Below, one piece after another: positions 22,427 through 34,088 of a stretch of 64,000 nucleotides of DNA; the first letter of the stretch is position 1, and every line of letters begins with the position of its first letter. The translations under genes were made by a program, and so were the position numbers. The notes beneath the pieces were generated by a model. It was not told the DNA's origin. It ran no database searches and saw nothing but the letters and a program-made list of their open reading frames with translations. Source of the DNA: a virus (Duplodnaviria > Caudoviricetes); IMG/VR virus record IMGVR_UViG_2596583697_000001, positions 50,484 through 114,483 of that record; one strand, written 5' to 3'.

Positions 22427-24518
22427 TAAAGAGCAAGTCAATGAATACGATTTCAAAAACATAGGAGTAAAAATTAAAACAAAATCATTATTTGGTGAGG
22501 AGAAAAAGAAAATGGGAAAAGAATTAACATATATAAATAATTACGGATTATGGAAAGTTACTACGGAAGGTGACTGTGAAGGTAAATCAACTAGAGATTT
22601 AGGAATACATAAAGGCTATATTGACGAAATTGCTTTTGCTTTAGCAGATAAGTGTTTCTATTCTCTAAATTTTAAATATTTATTTGAATCAGAATACAAC
22701 AAAATATCAACTCCAAAACGTAGTGAGGTAAGCGTTACGTTAGATATTGACTCCGGAACGTGGGATTTATCAAGCGAAGAACGGGTAAAGTGGGCGAAAA
22801 AATTACTATCAGGAAGAGATGTTGATGTATCAAAAGGACAGTACTATGCAAGTTTTGTAATTAAAACGAGCAAAAAGACTGTAGAGGATATTAGAAGAGA
22901 GGCTTTCAATAAACTCACAAAAGAAGAAATTGATGCATTGGGAATAAGATCAAAGGATAATTTGATAAGGAGAAAAATATGCTTAGTAAAGAAAATATAA
23001 TGGAAATTATTGAAGATCATCAGAAAGAAATTGATGAGTTGAAAACCGAATTAAAAAATACATCTAGTAAGATAGTCATCGGAGCCATTGAGAACAGGTT
23101 GTCATTCTTGTACGATAACCAATATAGATACAAGATGCAAGCACGAGCGTGGGGATTGATTGAGCTAGATTAAATTAGGATTTCCCGGAACAGGAGGAAC
23201 TATGAAGAAAGGAATCAAAGAAAGAGATATTAGGGATTTTGAAAAGCAATGCCTTAAGCTTAAGAACGTAATGGATAAGATAGTGGATTATGCTCCAGAA
23301 GCTAATTTATATGTAGACGGTGCTGGCAGTATACATCTAATGTGTGATAGTAAGCATGAAGGATTTGGCGGAAGCCCTTCGCAAGATAGCATTGTCGCGA
23401 GTGTTTCAGTAGGATACATTGATTGTGGTGATTGGTGATTTAAACTGAAATTTGAACTTGATTAAAGGTGCATTTTATGAGGAAAGGAGAAAATTAAACA
23501 ATGGAATTAAAAGAGTTTAAAGGTAGACATTTATTAAGTGGAGTGGAATATACTCAGCACCAAGAAAGAGAGGGTGAAGAGGATTGGGAAGATTACGGAA
23601 ATGATTGTCTAATTTGTATTGATGGAATTAATTATTTGATGATTGAAGACTTAAATGATGGGTATAGAAGCAGTATGTTAGATCCGGAAGTTACCGACAG
23701 AGAAATCAAGAATAGTTTTAAGGATCAGGAAGTGTTCATTAAACATCGGACTTATGGTTCTTACAGTGGGGAAGCTGCTGATGTAATGGAAATTTATTCG
23801 ATGTCAGGTGATTTGATTTTGGAGGTTGGAACCGAGAATATCGGAGATTATTATCCTGGAGCAATATTTGGCTATTATCCTGAAAATATGGACATCAATA
23901 AGATAGGATAAAATCGGAATTTTCTAAAGAAAGGAGCTGTGTTAATGGATGTTGTGGTTCAGTCAGATTATCAGGACATATATAGAATTACTGGCGGTGT
24001 CTTACTTGTAGTAAATAAGTTTAAACAAAAGGAAATTGATGGAGTGAAATATCCAAGAGTGAGTTACTGTAGAAGGAATAACTCAAGATTATATAAACAA
24101 GGCTGCCAGAATCATTTAAAGATATTGACAAAAGAATACATAAAAGAGGAATCCTGTTTCGGGCCAGCATGGAGTGTGCCATTAGGAACAGTATGCTATT
24201 GCGACATACCAATTGAAATTGCACCTAAAGATGAATGGGAGTATCAGATCAAAACAAGTGGAGAGTCATTTTCCGGAAGAGATGAAAATATGATTGACTT
24301 TTTGAGAGAAATCGAATCATTAATTAAAAAGACAGATAGAGGAAGTTTGGTCGCCGACTCTACCTGTCAGTAGGCAACACTCAGCGGATAGAATATAACA
24401 TTTCTGTTGGCTTATTTCAAGCCAGTTATCCATGTATAAAATTATAATGAAACTCCGCTTTCTTCAGGTTTATAAAAACAAATAGTAGATACACACAATA
24501 CGTTGAGGAGATGATTAA

Positions 24519-25478
24519 ATACTACAAATATTAGAATTATTCGGGGGAATTGGTTCTCCTAGAGTTGCGTTGAGAAACCTTGGTGTGCCAACAAAATCAA
24601 TAGATTACGTAGAAATAGATGAAAAGGCAGTCAGAAGCTACAATGCAATGTTTGAAAATGAATTGAAGTATATAACTCAGTCTGTCGTTGGTTGGAATTT
24701 AAGGCCGGATATTTTGATTCATGGCAGTCCATGTCAACAAGTCTCAATTTGTGGTTGGATAAGCCCAGTTGGAAGCCCAAAAGGAGCCGATGAGGGGTCA
24801 GGAACTGAATCTTCGCTTATGTGGGAAACAATACATATCATTCAGCAAATGGGTAAATGGAAGCCCAAAGTTGTTATTTGGGAAAATGTTAAAGGTGTTA
24901 GGTATAAGGGAATGAAAGATAATTTCCAAAGATACCTATACGAAATGGAACAGTTGGGATACACAAATAACCATAAATGTTTAGATGCAAGAGACTTTGG
25001 AATTCCACAAGCGAGAGAAAGAGTGTTTACGATCTCATGCTTAAATGGCGAAAAGTTTGATTTTGATAAATTAAAACATGTTCCAATGAGACCTTTGAGC
25101 GACTTTCTGCAAGAAAAAGTAAGCGATGCTTATAAAGTTACACAGCCAAGTATACTTAGTGCAATTGGTAGAACCAAAACAGCAAAACGTGCAACCGTTA
25201 TTAGTGAATATGCATACACAATTACTGAGAGACAGGATAGGTGTCCTGCTCAAATAATTGATTGTGGTAATGGAGACTACCGATTTTTAACAGAACTGGA
25301 ATGTTGGAGATTATTTGGATATTCTGATGAAGATTATTATGCAGCCGAAAGAGCTAATCCTAAAAAGAAATCAGCCATTGTAAACAGAGCCTTATATAAA
25401 CAGTCGGGGAATAGCATTGTGGTGCCTATTTTCGAAGAAATACTTAGAGTACTACTAAGAGATTACATGAAGTATTGA
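24519..25478 (+). CDS. DNA cytosine-5 methyltransferase (ATA start inferred)
   Basis: ELFGGIG (motif I, upstream of the ORF-track start), HGSPCQ, WENV, PQARERVF, LYKQSGNSI. Confidence 0.9.
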   Translation: MLQILELFGGIGSPRVALRNLGVPTKSIDYVEIDEKAVRSYNAMFENELKYITQSVVGWNLRPDILIHGSPCQQVSICGWISPVGSPKGADEGSGTESSLMWETIHIIQQMGKWKPKVVIWENVKGVRYKGMKDNFQRYLYEMEQLGYTNNHKCLDARDFGIPQARERVFTISCLNGEKFDFDKLKHVPMRPLSDFLQEKVSDAYKVTQPSILSAIGRTKTAKRATVISEYAYTITERQDRCPAQIIDCGNGDYRFLTELECWRLFGYSDEDYYAAERANPKKKSAIVNRALYKQSGNSIVVPIFEEILRVLLRDYMKY

Positions 25479-26111
25479 AATTAAAGATTTATCAAGAAAG
25501 GAGAAATTGATTGAAAACTGTAGCTAACTTTAGATGTAAGGAATGTGAAGATGTTTTTCGGGCAGAATCCGGAAAATTTACGAAGTGCAAATGTGGAAAG
25601 TGTGAAGTCGAACCAGGTGACATTGGTAGCACGGCATATAAAGGAAGCGTGTGTTTCGAGAGACTAAAAGATGGCGAAGATCACACATACTACGATGAAA
25701 ATGATTTTTATATTATGGAAGGCGACGTTCTAGATTTATTTAACAAGACGAAGCTGATGTGTGAAGAACTAGATTTTCACATATACGAATCATTCAAGAA
25801 AGGTGAAGATGAGAGTGAATATTTGTCTTATCTGAACTACACAAAATCAGATCTAATTAACCATAATGAGATGAATGAAATTCAATTCTGTGTGAGATTT
25901 GATAAGTATTTTAATGAGAAGGATTACATTAGCCGCTTAGAATCATTTTATAACTTTCTTTTATATTTAAAAAGTAACCCAGAACTTTTAACCAAGAGAA
26001 AAGAATTGTTAAAATATTCTGATGAAAAAGATGTTGAGTGGAGTAGAGAACAAGTAAAAGATTATGACTATAAGTTTTATTTTTAGAATAGAAACAGAGT
26101 TCAATTAAGAT

Positions 26112-27166
26112 ATGGAGGTAAAAATTATAGAGACAATATTACATACGAATAATGGAAAAATCATAAATGGAGATAATCTAGGCGTATTAGATGCATTAGA
26201 AACCAATTCAATTGATAGCTGCATTTCAGACTTTCCATATGACTTATCGTTTATGGGCAAGAAGTGGGACAACACTGGAAACTTCTATGAATGGAATAAG
26301 GAGAGAGCACTAAAGTTACTTAAAGTGATGAAACCCGGAGGGTATGTGGCGATATTTGGACATCCAAAGACAAATCATAGAATGAAGTGTGCTTTTGAAG
26401 ATTCAGGATTTAAGATTGTCGAAGAGATTGATTGGGTCTATCTGACTGGGATGCCAAAGAATCAAGATATAGGCAAGCTCTTTGATAAAGCTAATATAGT
26501 AGAATTAGCAAAGAAATGGAGTGGCTGGAAGACTTCTGGCCTGAAGCCCACACATGAGCCTATCACAATATTCCAGAAACCATTAGAAGGTACATATGTC
26601 CAAAATATTAAAAAGTACGACTGCGGTGGAATGAATATTGATGCTTGCAGAGTTCCTATATCTAAGGAAGACGTTGATATGCTAAATGCCAAAGCATCTA
26701 AAACACCAACCACTAATTATTCAGATAGAGATGACCGTATCTACGGTAAGTATGCAGAAGATAAGGCCATGCCTCCTAACGAGTTGGGAAGGTTTCCGTC
26801 AAACATTGTTGTAGATGAGTTTGTCGCGGAATTGTTAGATGATCAGATAAAAGATGGAAGCAAATATTTTACTGTCATCAAATATGAACCAAAGATCTCG
26901 CCTTCAGAAAAAAACTCCCCAATGGTGAGCGCAATCCACATGTCACACCAAAACCTGTTGAGTTAATCAAATGGCTGATTAAATTACTTACTCCAATTAA
27001 CGGTACAACCATTGATATCACTGCGGGAAGCTGCACTCATGCTGTGGCTTGTGAAGAACTCAATAAAAATGATGGCTATAGATTGAGATACATAAATGTT
27101 GAATTGATGAATACTAAAGAAGAACCTTACTGTAGTGTAGGAGAAATGAGAGTAAAAGCAGTTTAG
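26112..27166 (+). pseudogene. N4/N6 DNA methyltransferase split by a -1 frameshift at an A7 run (26908-26914)
   Basis: Frame 1 has DFPY, LKPTHEPI, GRFPSN; the -1 frame continues with NPHVTPKPVELIKWLIKLLTP and IDITAGS to TAG 27166. Confidence 0.8.
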
Positions 27167-27687
27167 GATAAAATGAAAATTTCAAGAAATTAATTTAGGA
27201 GAGCAAAAATAAATGGAAAGAAATCATAGATTAACAGTTAAAGAAATGATAGAGGAATTATCTAAATGTAATCCTGACGCAGAGGTCATTGCAGAGAGTC
27301 CATATAGGGATCAATTTAGAATATATACCGTAACTGAAAGTGATTGCAAGTCAGTCATTTGGCTTGAGGCTTAGTAATTGAAGGTATGATTTTAAGGAGG
27401 GGTTATGGAGAAAGCAAAGGTTTTTAATACACCAAAAGAAATTGTTGAATACTATTTTTCTAATAGGATTAGTAATGCTTGTGGCGGAGGAGTTATCGGT
27501 TGCCCATATGAACAATGTTATTCCGGATATATAAATTTACTTGAAAATGAGTGCGCTAAGTATTGTAAGGGTTTTGAAGCTGGTAAGACTCCGGACGAGA
27601 TATGTGGAGAATGTTGGAATCAGCAGCTAAAGTAACTTTAAATTGACGAATTCAAAGGAGGGATAATAGAGGAACAGTAATAATTTA

Positions 27688-27731
27688 ACCCACATAAATA
27701 GCGCTTATTAGAAAAAGGCATTTATGTGGGT
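27688..27731 (-). terminator. Hairpin downstream of the DUF4397 gene
   Basis: ACCCACATAAAT...ATTTATGTGGGT 12-bp inverted repeat. Confidence 0.55.
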
Positions 27732-27747
27732 CATACAATCCATTTTA

Positions 27748-28413
27748 TTAGTATTCTCCATCTGCAGCGATAACTGCTTCTAATGGTGGTGTATCTCCAA
27801 CAAGACCAACCGCAAAAATGCTATAAACTGCTCCGGGCATAAGATATACATCTGGTATTGTTAATACAACCTGATTGCTTCCAGTCGGTCTGACTTGAAG
27901 GGTATAAGTTCCTGGTTTTACAGCAATGTAGTCAGTAAATTGTGTATAGGATACATCTTCAAAGAGTTTCGTTCCGTTTGTCAGTGTAATGTCAACTGCG
28001 GGAGCGTTTGGAGACAGATGCACAAACCGTACATATGAAGTATTTCTCATTCCCATTGGCATATTAGGCATAAACATTTCAGGGAAAGGCATTAAACTTA
28101 TATTCGCTAATTCTCCAGCAGCCGCTATCGTAAATGCACTGTCTTGTGGAATGGTAACATTTGTATCAATGACAGCAGTTGTTTGATTTCCTGCTGGATA
28201 CACCTGAATCTGATAATTACCGGGCATAATTGGAATGTAATTAGTTAACTGTTTATAGGAAAGCCCTTCTGCTATTATATTATTATTTGCATATATGTCC
28301 ACCGCTGGAGCATCAGGAGAGGCGTGAAGAATTCGTACGAAAGACATCTGACGTGCTTGCTGCATGGAATAGTAAGAGTTACCTTGATGGGTATACATAT
28401 ACATAATTCTCAA
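27748..28413 (-). CDS. DUF4397 domain protein (host-like, two repeats)
   Basis: VRILHASPDAPAVDIY and VRFVHLSPNAPAVDIT repeats. Confidence 0.85.
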   Translation of the reverse strand: MRIMYMYTHQGNSYYSMQQARQMSFVRILHASPDAPAVDIYANNNIIAEGLSYKQLTNYIPIMPGNYQIQVYPAGNQTTAVIDTNVTIPQDSAFTIAAAGELANISLMPFPEMFMPNMPMGMRNTSYVRFVHLSPNAPAVDITLTNGTKLFEDVSYTQFTDYIAVKPGTYTLQVRPTGSNQVVLTIPDVYLMPGAVYSIFAVGLVGDTPPLEAVIAADGEY

Positions 28414-28724
28414 CCTTAAGGGTTTTGATATATACTATGAAATGCGATTTGTATTGTTACTATTAATACAAAGTATTTTAAAATTTTTTTAACAGGCCGT
28501 CATGCGTTTATTATATAAGTTTGATGAAATATCAACTACGAGTGATTTAGCGGAATTTATTATTAATAAGTCATTTTAGAGAGTGTGATTAAAAATGAAT
28601 CAAGCAACCATTATAAAAGAAACAGTTAAAAAGATGTTCTCAAAGAGTTAATTAAAGACCTACAAGAAGAACGTATTTATCTACTTGCCACGGTTACAGA
28701 AGGTTAGTTGATATATAGATGAAA

Positions 28725-29013
28725 GTAACGTTTCCAAGTCATTACTAATATTAATCCGGTAAAATTTATGTATATTGCCTTGTTTGTCAAAGCCTTTAAT
28801 TATTTGTCTGTCTAACCAAAAATAACCCTCTTTTAATTCTGATAATTTTTCACCAGTGGTATCTCGTAGGAACGTGAGATATTCGTTAAATATTGGATTC
28901 ACTCAATACCTGAGTGTAATGTACATTACTTTTTAACTAGTATTATCTTTCCCTTTCTTTATTTTTGACGTTTGCAACCGTCAGTTTATTTTATAAGTGG
29001 GATGAAACGTTAC
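28725..29013. other. Inverted 289-bp segment carrying the RBS and first 59 codons of the PAPS-reductase gene
   Basis: Bounded by GTAACGTTTC (28725-28734) and GAAACGTTAC (29004-29013); re-inversion fuses ORF 28902(-) ..NDLETL in frame to HLSKAKDY.. of the + ORF. Confidence 0.85.
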
Positions 29014-30137
29014 ATTTAAGTAAAGCAAAAGATTATCGGGATATTAACGATATTGAATTAGCAAGTTGGAATGACCTTATTGAGTTAAATAAGGAACACT
29101 TAGAAAACATAGAATCAGATTCTTTAAATTTAATCAAAGATAAAATGGAGAAATATAAAGGACATGATTCGCTAATTCCTGTGTCAATGGGAAAAGATTC
29201 TATGGTTGTATCTCATCTTGTAAGATCTTTATATCCCAACACTAAGGCAATTTTCAATAATACATCACTTGATTGTGCCGACACATATAAAATGGTTAAA
29301 CATTTTCCTAGCTGTGAAATTATGAATCCCGACAAAGGATTCTATCAATATGTCGCATCAGACCATATGATACCAACAAGATTTTCGAGATTCTGTTGTA
29401 GAATTTTCAAAGTTGGGGTTATGGTTTCAAAATTAGGCCACGAACACCCATATCTCATGTGGATGGGCATGAGAAACGAAGAATCTGCTACAAGAAGTGG
29501 CTATACAGATGAATGGATTAATGAATCAGAATGGGGGAATACGAAATGGCAAGGTATTCTTCCTATTAGAAAGTGGACAGAGTTAGACATTTGGCTATAT
29601 ACATTATGGAGAAATATTGATATCAATCCTAAATATAAAAAGGGATATAGTAGATGTGGCTGCCATATAGCTTGCCCATATTATAACAAATCCACATGGA
29701 CATTGGATAAGTATTGGTATTCAAAATCGTATGATAGATGGAGAAATATATTAGAGAAAGATTTTATTGAAAATAAGAAATGGATTGTGATGAATTGTAC
29801 AATTAGTGAATATTTAACACAAGCTTGGAATGGTGGAATTTATAGAGACGAACCCACAAAAGAAGTTATAGAAGAATTCGCTCAATATAACAATCTTCAA
29901 TACGATATTGCCGAAAAGTATTTCAATAAATATTGTGAGAATGAATGTAAAACTCAATCTGGAAAAATCAAGAAAATTAAGGACAAACAGGTACTGGGAA
30001 TGAACATGAAACTACATGGGATAAATACTAATAAGTTTTATTGCAAATCGTGTTTAATGAAAATGCATTATATTGACAATGAACAATGGGATAAGTATAT
30101 AGATGATTTTAAAAAATCAGGATGTGACTTGTTCTAA
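28965..30137 (+). CDS. PAPS reductase-family protein (5' end removed by the inversion; 433 aa if restored)
   Basis: VSMGKDS, RFCCRIFK, GMRNEES..R, PI..WTELDIW, Y.KGYSRCGCH.ACP. Confidence 0.85.
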   Translation: MTFATVSLFYKWDETLHLSKAKDYRDINDIELASWNDLIELNKEHLENIESDSLNLIKDKMEKYKGHDSLIPVSMGKDSMVVSHLVRSLYPNTKAIFNNTSLDCADTYKMVKHFPSCEIMNPDKGFYQYVASDHMIPTRFSRFCCRIFKVGVMVSKLGHEHPYLMWMGMRNEESATRSGYTDEWINESEWGNTKWQGILPIRKWTELDIWLYTLWRNIDINPKYKKGYSRCGCHIACPYYNKSTWTLDKYWYSKSYDRWRNILEKDFIENKKWIVMNCTISEYLTQAWNGGIYRDEPTKEVIEEFAQYNNLQYDIAEKYFNKYCENECKTQSGKIKKIKDKQVLGMNMKLHGINTNKFYCKSCLMKMHYIDNEQWDKYIDDFKKSGCDLF

Positions 30138-30921
30138 TGAAATAATACTTTGATTGGAGAATAAAATGGCGACAGAAAAACAAGATATGTCTAATTGCTG
30201 TAAATGATGGGAGGAAAGATGGGTGATTTAGGCTGGGTTATAATAATTGCAATTGCTGCAGTTGTGGCAGTAATTGAAAAGATATGTGATACATACAAGG
30301 AAACTCATAAAAAGGACAAAGATAAATAACATTAAAATCAACATTTAATGGGGAAATACGAAATTTTCAAAGAAGACTATATGAAAAATAGGAGGATTAA
30401 AAGATGAGATATATTTCAGATGATAACAAGGTATTTAATTCAGAACAGGAGTGTTTAAATCATGAAAAGGCTATTACTTCCGAAAGAGCAAAGCGTGAAA
30501 AATTACTTGCTGAAAAAAATAAGCGCAGTGATGAAGTAAGGAAAATAGGCAATGATTTTGTAAAACTACATAAGAAGTTCGTAGATGACTACGGTGAGGA
30601 GATTGCTTTTGATAACGACTTGGAGTCACTGGCTTCCTGGTACAGTACGCTTCCATTTTTATTTAGGTCAGGTAGATTTGGTATATAAATACGGGATAAA
30701 AGAACAGTTTGATGGAAGGAGGGAATAAATTTGTTTAGCGGAATCTTAGGTGGGTTATTTTTTGCATTTATACTTGCATTTTTCGGTGCAGACAGTGCAT
30801 TTTTGAAAGCAGTAGAGCCATTTATAAATGTAAAGTTAACCACTACTCATTGGTACATAATGTTTGCAATTATTGGTGGGATTGCAGGTTTATTTGGTAG
30901 AGACAACTAAAGATATATTTT

Positions 30922-31632
30922 ATGAGAAAAGAGGTGAATTTAACGAAAAGAATGTCAAGAGATTCGTGGGAGTGGAAGAAGATTCAATATTTTAAGAACT
31001 TGTCTATCAGAAAATTCTATCCAAGGTTTTTGTATTATAAGTGCGATAAATGCGAAGAAGAGTTCATAAAAGAAGCAATGTATGAGTGTGCGGAACCAAG
31101 TATTATTGGTTGTTCTTGGAATTACCACAAATATGGCTGTTCTCATTGCTTTGATAGCATCGATGGCTTTCAGAACTGGTTAATTAAAAGCGGCAAGATC
31201 CTTGTGGAAGATGACTTTAATGTCCGCGGAGATCTGAACAAAATGAGAAAATTGCTATTTAAAAAGAGGGAGGGGTTAAATGTGTTTGGCAGGTTAAGAA
31301 AACTACTTGGCGATTTGTTAGAACCAGAAATTGAAACATTCCAAAAGAAAGAAGTAATCTTTAAAACTACAGATTGTAAATTACATAAAAATTCCTCATA
31401 TAAATGGTGTAGAATCTCTGGATTGATATCCCGAAATTTTGAAAAATACGCAATGATTGGAATTACTTCAGACGGCTACTTGAAAGATGACGATGGACTC
31501 CTATTTCCATTGAATAATATCATTTCTATGCAGTGGAATTTAAGTGACGAAACGGAAAGAATTAGTAGATATAAAGATCAGTATAAAATTTGGTTCAGTG
31601 ACAATGAATTAGCAGAAATGGAATTACCATAA
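30922..31632 (+). CDS. Hypothetical protein, probably an in-frame fusion of two small genes
   Basis: Internal site GAAAA-TTGCTA-TTTAA (31247) followed by RBS GAGGGG and in-frame GTG 31282. Confidence 0.5.
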   Translation: MRKEVNLTKRMSRDSWEWKKIQYFKNLSIRKFYPRFLYYKCDKCEEEFIKEAMYECAEPSIIGCSWNYHKYGCSHCFDSIDGFQNWLIKSGKILVEDDFNVRGDLNKMRKLLFKKREGLNVFGRLRKLLGDLLEPEIETFQKKEVIFKTTDCKLHKNSSYKWCRISGLISRNFEKYAMIGITSDGYLKDDDGLLFPLNNIISMQWNLSDETERISRYKDQYKIWFSDNELAEMELP

Positions 31633-33461
31633 AACAGTACTTTTCTGAGAAAGGAAAATTTAATGAATGTAATGAAAAATATACGGTTTATTGTTACAAA
31701 TGAGGAGATCTTAAGTGAAAGAAGGGTTAGTGTAGTATATAATTTCAATGAAAATGACTACTGCGTAACGTTTAAGCCAGAAGATTCAGATTTTTCTATG
31801 GGTAATAGCTTTGTTAAAGCATGGATTGAGGAGAAAAATCCGCATATCCTATATCTTGACGTAGAAGAGGAAGATAACTCTAAAATTAATATATCCTCAT
31901 TTAAAATTAATTATTTAGAGAGAACGTATTCAATAACTAGAAATAGTGTTGAAAATGAATTGTGGAGGTCTAAATGAATAAAGAAGACGAATTAAAACTT
32001 GAAGCAGCCATTAAGGAAAACATGGACAAGGTAAGATTTGATGGATTATCTGCTGGAGCAAAAGGGATTTCCGGTGCTATCTTGGAAATTTGCAATGATA
32101 AGAATATTAAGAATGATACAGTCAGGATCAACAAGATTAGAGATTTCTGTATGACTGGACTTGGATTGAAGAAAGTGTAATGATATAAATAAGGACGGAT
32201 TAAATGAAAAATGATTTAATTAGTGTATTGAAAAAAGAGGGGAAATATGTATTACTCGTAAAAGTACGTAAAGAATTTGATGGCATTGTAATGAGAAACG
32301 ATATTATAGAATTAGATAAAAATGATATTCTTGATGTCGATGTACAAAATCAAATAGATAAATATATGTCACAACATGATATTAGAAAAATTATATTAAA
32401 TGATAATGTTGTTTGGGAAGCATCAAAGAGAACGGTTTTGGATATGACAGGGCAAAATGGACGAATGTATTAAACTTAATAGAAACATTCTTTTATAGTG
32501 AAAGGAGATGTATAAAGTGATTGATATTAAAAATTTAGGAAAACAAAAATATATTTATCGCATTTATGAAACAGAAGACGATGTTCTTCATCGTGAAAAA
32601 TATCCGATAATCTATATAAACAGCAAGGTTATATATTTTAAAGATGCCAGAAAGAAAGAATATTTAAACTATACTGTGACTTCAAATGTATTAAATAACT
32701 TTACTGAATTCTATAGAAAATCGTGGATTTTTAGTCCTGGTTGGAGTCCATGTTTTGATAAATATTTTTGGAATTGTGACCCAGACATCAAAGAAATCTA
32801 TGCTGATTTGTTGGTACAAAGGGATGTACTTAGAAAGAAAGATGCCGAAGAAAAAAGAAAGTTTCGTCTTGAAAAAGCAAAAAAGGAGTATGAAGCAGCA
32901 TTAAAGGACGCATGTGTATAATATATCAATTTGCCACGAAAGGAGAACGAATGCCAATAAGTTATTTACATAGTAATCCAGATATTAGAGGAGAGGTCTG
33001 TCCAATTTGCGGTAAGCGGTCATGGAGCATATATAAATGTGATGATTGTGGGAAGGTATTTTGTAAGTATTGTCGGCCAGATCTTGTAAATTTGCTTGAT
33101 GACGACAGGTTTGGTGATTTAGAAGTCAGTTGTGATTGTGGCAGCACAACATTATTTTTAGATGAATAGGAGAAGTTCAATATGAAACCATTAGTATATT
33201 TTGATTTTGAAGAGTATGACGGCGACAATAATTTGGTATTAGTAGATAAGAAAAGGCTACAGGAGATTTTAGAGGAAGTATATAATGCCGGGTTTACTGA
33301 CGGTAACAAATCAAGTCCGGTAACAGTGCCTACATATGGAAATTTGAGACATTCTTTTCGAGGTGACGAGGTGACATGCGGTGATATTAACACAAATACA
33401 CCTGTCGCTAAAAGAGGAGTTGTAATTACCTGAGACGCTGAAACTAATAGTAAATCTTAAT

Positions 33462-34088
33462 TTAGTTCTTTTTAATGTATAAAAATGTGTAAAGAACCAA
33501 AGATTCAAAAACAATTGGTATCATCCCAATTAATACATTATTCCACTCGCCATTGATGAGATATATATAAATGGCCGAGACGCTATATATTAATAGTCCA
33601 CAAATTATAAATATCGAAACATAGTAAAACCTGTCCATTTTATTTAATCGTTTGTAATTGTTTAATATAGAATTCGTTGGATAGCCCAATTCCAGTTTAA
33701 GCTTTTCGTAATCTCCTTCTATTTGATATATAAAAGCTGATATATGAAAATGGTTCGGGTTCTTTGCGGTAGCTTGTGTTTTAAAATTCTCATATAGGTT
33801 AATCGTTTTAGGATAAACATATTGATAATTTTTATAGATGATTTTGTCTACCTTTTTGATAAATATTGGAACATTGTCTTTACTGCCTTCAATGTTGTAT
33901 TGTATCATTAATAAATACATGGGTAAATATACTAAATCGAATTGGGACTGTTTTATTTCTCGTTTTTTGGGAGCAGTTAGGTTTTTCGATGTGAAATAAT
34001 ATGTTAATAAACAAGGAATAATTATTTTAAATATATCTAGTACAATGTTTGAATTGGCTCTATAAAAATCAATAATTAATTTTAACAT
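33462..34088 (-). CDS. Hypothetical membrane protein in reverse orientation
   Basis: 208 aa, three hydrophobic segments, RBS GAGGT on the minus strand, flanked by sites at 33450 and 34149. Confidence 0.7.
   Translation of the reverse strand: MLKLIIDFYRANSNIVLDIFKIIIPCLLTYYFTSKNLTAPKKREIKQSQFDLVYLPMYLLMIQYNIEGSKDNVPIFIKKVDKIIYKNYQYVYPKTINLYENFKTQATAKNPNHFHISAFIYQIEGDYEKLKLELGYPTNSILNNYKRLNKMDRFYYVSIFIICGLLIYSVSAIYIYLINGEWNNVLIGMIPIVFESLVLYTFLYIKKN

Noticed and set aside
28965-29003. TTG start for the PAPS-reductase ORF
   Set aside because: It lies inside the inverted segment with no RBS; it is a by-product of the inversion
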